Of a stretch of DNA of 64,000 bases, positions 61,593 to 64,000 are shown piece after piece. Origin of the DNA: an uncultured Fibrobacterota bacterium. GTDB lineage: Bacteria > Fibrobacterota > Chitinivibrionia > Chitinivibrionales > FEN-1185. Position numbers and translations under genes: made by a program. The notes under the pieces are model-generated. The model saw only the letters and a program-made list of their open reading frames with translations, searched no databases and was not told the DNA's origin. How positions within the stretch are numbered: the first letter of the stretch is position 1; each line of letters begins with the position of its first letter. The stretch spans positions 1 through 64,000 of the forward strand of contig CAVWBU010000049.1 in NCBI GenBank assembly GCA_963753345.1, in the 5' to 3' direction.

Positions 61593-62645
61593 TTACATTC
61601 CGACCGCGCTGCGCGCAAGTCGGTAGCGGTCGGGATAGGTCTTCTTGAACTCCCGCAGTTTTCCCGCCTTTTTCCATAACGCAAGCTCCGCAACCGCGAT
61701 GCGCGGCTCCGCCTTGAGCGCATCGTCTTCGCCGGCCTTCTTGAACAGGTCGAAGGCGTCCGGCGAGGGAACCGACACGCGCGGCAGCACGAGCGTCACG
61801 AGCTTTTTCTGCTGCCAGTATTTTTTGCACACTTCCACGAGGAAGGCGTCCCTGTTCCTGCCCACAAACGCGCTCAAGGGCAAAACGAGGCTCCGGTCGT
61901 ACGCGGCAAGCCGCTCCGCGTCCGATTTTTGCTGGCCGCAGGCGCCGGCCTCGGTGATTGCGGTCGCGGGTATCTCGCGGATGGCCGCAAGCGCGGTCTC
62001 GAGCGCGGCTTTCGATTTGCCCTGCGATTTCGCTTTTGTCAAAAAGAACGCGGCGTATTCGCGGTAGATTCTGCACGCGGGTTCGTCGAGCCCCTCCTTG
62101 ATCCCGCTCCGCTCGGCAAACTTGCGCACAATGCCGAGCCCCTTGTCTGCGTCGCAACCGTTTCTCGCGGCCGTGGCGCAGTCGCCTGCTATCCGGGAAA
62201 GCCAGTCCTTCCTGAGCGAGTCCGGGCAGACAAGCTTTTCCGCGAGAAGCCGCGCCTTTGCCGTGTAGTACCGCATGCGGTCGGCGGCGCACAGCAGGTC
62301 GGCCCCGGCATTCAGGTCGTCGAGCGACTTGTACAGCCGGTCGTCCTTTTTTGCCGCGTACACGCACAGCCGCGAAAGGTCGGAGCACACGTAAATGTCG
62401 TTGAAAATGCCGTTTTCAAGGGGGCAGATGTCGCGCGCCATGGCGGCAATGTCGGCGGCGAACGGTTCGCTTTTGTCAAACTGGTCGTTGACGCGGCGCA
62501 GCCATTTTTCGGTGACGGGCACGACCCGCGCGATCATGGCCGATTCCTGCGCCTTGGTGGAGACGAGCTTTGCCTCGGCCGTGCCGATAAAGGAAACCAC
62601 GGCGGCCATGGCAACGGCGAACGTAAATGTATTCCTTGCAGTCAT
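61593..62645 (-). CDS. Secreted hypothetical helical protein
   Basis: Signal peptide; AAGGAG RBS. Confidence 0.7.
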   Translation of the reverse strand: MTARNTFTFAVAMAAVVSFIGTAEAKLVSTKAQESAMIARVVPVTEKWLRRVNDQFDKSEPFAADIAAMARDICPLENGIFNDIYVCSDLSRLCVYAAKKDDRLYKSLDDLNAGADLLCAADRMRYYTAKARLLAEKLVCPDSLRKDWLSRIAGDCATAARNGCDADKGLGIVRKFAERSGIKEGLDEPACRIYREYAAFFLTKAKSQGKSKAALETALAAIREIPATAITEAGACGQQKSDAERLAAYDRSLVLPLSAFVGRNRDAFLVEVCKKYWQQKKLVTLVLPRVSVPSPDAFDLFKKAGEDDALKAEPRIAVAELALWKKAGKLREFKKTYPDRYRLARSAVGM

Positions 62646-62680
62646 GGCACAGCTCCTTCCCCAGCATGCCGGCCCTTGTA

Positions 62681-64000
62681 TCAGCTGTCAAGCTTTACCG
62701 GCGTCGGCTTGACGTCCCAGATGTCTTCGGCATACTGCCGTATGGTGCGGTCGGACGAAAACCTACCCATGTTCGCAACGTTGAGAATGGACATTTTTGT
62801 CCAGCGTTCCGTGTCGACATAGGCCTGCGCAAGGGTCTTCTGGCACTGGACGTAGGAATCGAAATCGGCCATCACCATGTAACGGTCCCCGCCGTTGAGC
62901 AGCGAATCGAAAATGGGACGGAAGAGCTGCGGCTCCTCGGGGCTGAAGAACCCGAGCGAGATGAGGTCCATCACCTTCCGGAGTTTTTCGTTCTTGTGGT
63001 AGTAGTCCCACGGGTTGTACGATTTTGCGCGAAGCTCGTTCACCTCGTGCGCGCGCAGCCCGAAAATAAAGATGTTCTCGTCGCCCACTTCCTCCCACAT
63101 TTCGATGTTCGCGCCGTCCATGGTGCCGATGGTGATGGCGCCGTTGAGCCCGAACTTCATATTGCCGGTGCCCGATGCCTCGGTGCCGGCCGTCGAAATC
63201 TGCTCCGAGACCTCGGCCGCTGGCATGATGTATTCGGCGAGCGTCACACGGTAGTTGGGGATGAAATGGACCTCGAGCAGGCCGCGGGTGTCCGGGTCGC
63301 CGTTGATCACGCCCGCCACGTTGTTGATGAACTTGATGAGGAGCTTCGCCATGTAGTAGCCGGGAGCGGCCTTGCCGGCAAAGAGCACGGCGCGCGGCAC
63401 GAACTCTTTTTTCTTTCCCGCCTTGATCTCGTTGTACATGGCGATGCAATGGAGGATGTTGAGCGTCTGGCGCTTGTATTCGTGAATGCGCTTCACCTGG
63501 GCGTCGAACATGAGGTCCGGGTTGATGCGCATGTTTTCCCATTTCTTGAGGATGCCGGCGAGGCGTTTCTTGTTGGAAAGCTTCGCCTCGCGCCAGCGCT
63601 TCCCGAATTCCCGGTCGTCGGCAAGGGGGACAAGTTTTTTGAGCTGGGAAAGGTCCTTGATCCAGCCGTCGCCGATGCTTTCGGTGACCAGCGACGACAG
63701 GGGCTGGTTCGCCGCGTACAGCCACCGCCGCTGGGTGATGCCGTTGGTCTTGTTGTTGAACTTTTCCGGCCACATGTCGTGGAAGTTCCTCACCAGGCCG
63801 TCTTCGAGCAGCTTGGTGTGCAGCTCCGACACGCCGTTTACCGAATGCGAACCGACGATGGCGAGGTACGCCATGCGCACCTTGGGGTCGGGGCCTTCCT
63901 CGATGAGCGACATGTCGCGCAGCTTGTCGACCTGGCCGGGGTACTTGTACGACACCTGGCGCAGGAACTTGCTGTTGATTTCGTAGATGATCTCCATATG
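62681..64000 (-). CDS. glgP: Glycogen/starch phosphorylase (C-terminal part)
   Basis: NGVSELH, NKTNGIT.RRW, QVKRIHEYKRQ, GKAAPGY, EASGTGNMK, FSSDRTI. Confidence 0.97.
   Translation of the reverse strand, partial: HMEIIYEINSKFLRQVSYKYPGQVDKLRDMSLIEEGPDPKVRMAYLAIVGSHSVNGVSELHTKLLEDGLVRNFHDMWPEKFNNKTNGITQRRWLYAANQPLSSLVTESIGDGWIKDLSQLKKLVPLADDREFGKRWREAKLSNKKRLAGILKKWENMRINPDLMFDAQVKRIHEYKRQTLNILHCIAMYNEIKAGKKKEFVPRAVLFAGKAAPGYYMAKLLIKFINNVAGVINGDPDTRGLLEVHFIPNYRVTLAEYIMPAAEVSEQISTAGTEASGTGNMKFGLNGAITIGTMDGANIEMWEEVGDENIFIFGLRAHEVNELRAKSYNPWDYYHKNEKLRKVMDLISLGFFSPEEPQLFRPIFDSLLNGGDRYMVMADFDSYVQCQKTLAQAYVDTERWTKMSILNVANMGRFSSDRTIRQYAEDIWDVKPTPVKLDS

Overview
GC-rich bacterial chromosomal window. 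It is most likely Fibrobacterota (Chitinivibrionia-like), inferred from a TIGR02147-type gene paired with a FISUMP-domain lipoprotein and from many secreted enzymes with degenerate T9SS-like C-terminal tails. Housekeeping genes: fumarate hydratase alpha, malic enzyme, DinG-exonuclease, LptE, dapF, a sigma-70 factor, mraY, folD, hppA and glgP. Other content: a TPR/Ser-Thr kinase/FHA-sigma54 signalling cluster, glucan-degrading enzymes (GH30, two GH16, expansin), an intact IS5-family element and two AT-richer accessory islands. Island 1 holds a WYL regulator, a divergent Clp-fold protease, a PD-(D/E)XK nuclease and an AAA ATPase; island 2 holds an EcoRV-like R-M system and a Phd/RelE toxin-antitoxin pair. 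The most striking non-coding signal is a dispersed, highly structured intergenic element present 9 times. Its ~135-165 bp multi-hairpin module has clear compensatory base changes, and in 5 copies it is joined via a linker to a second hairpin module (~340-440 bp in total). Several genes carry single-base and compensating frameshifts that look like assembly indels.
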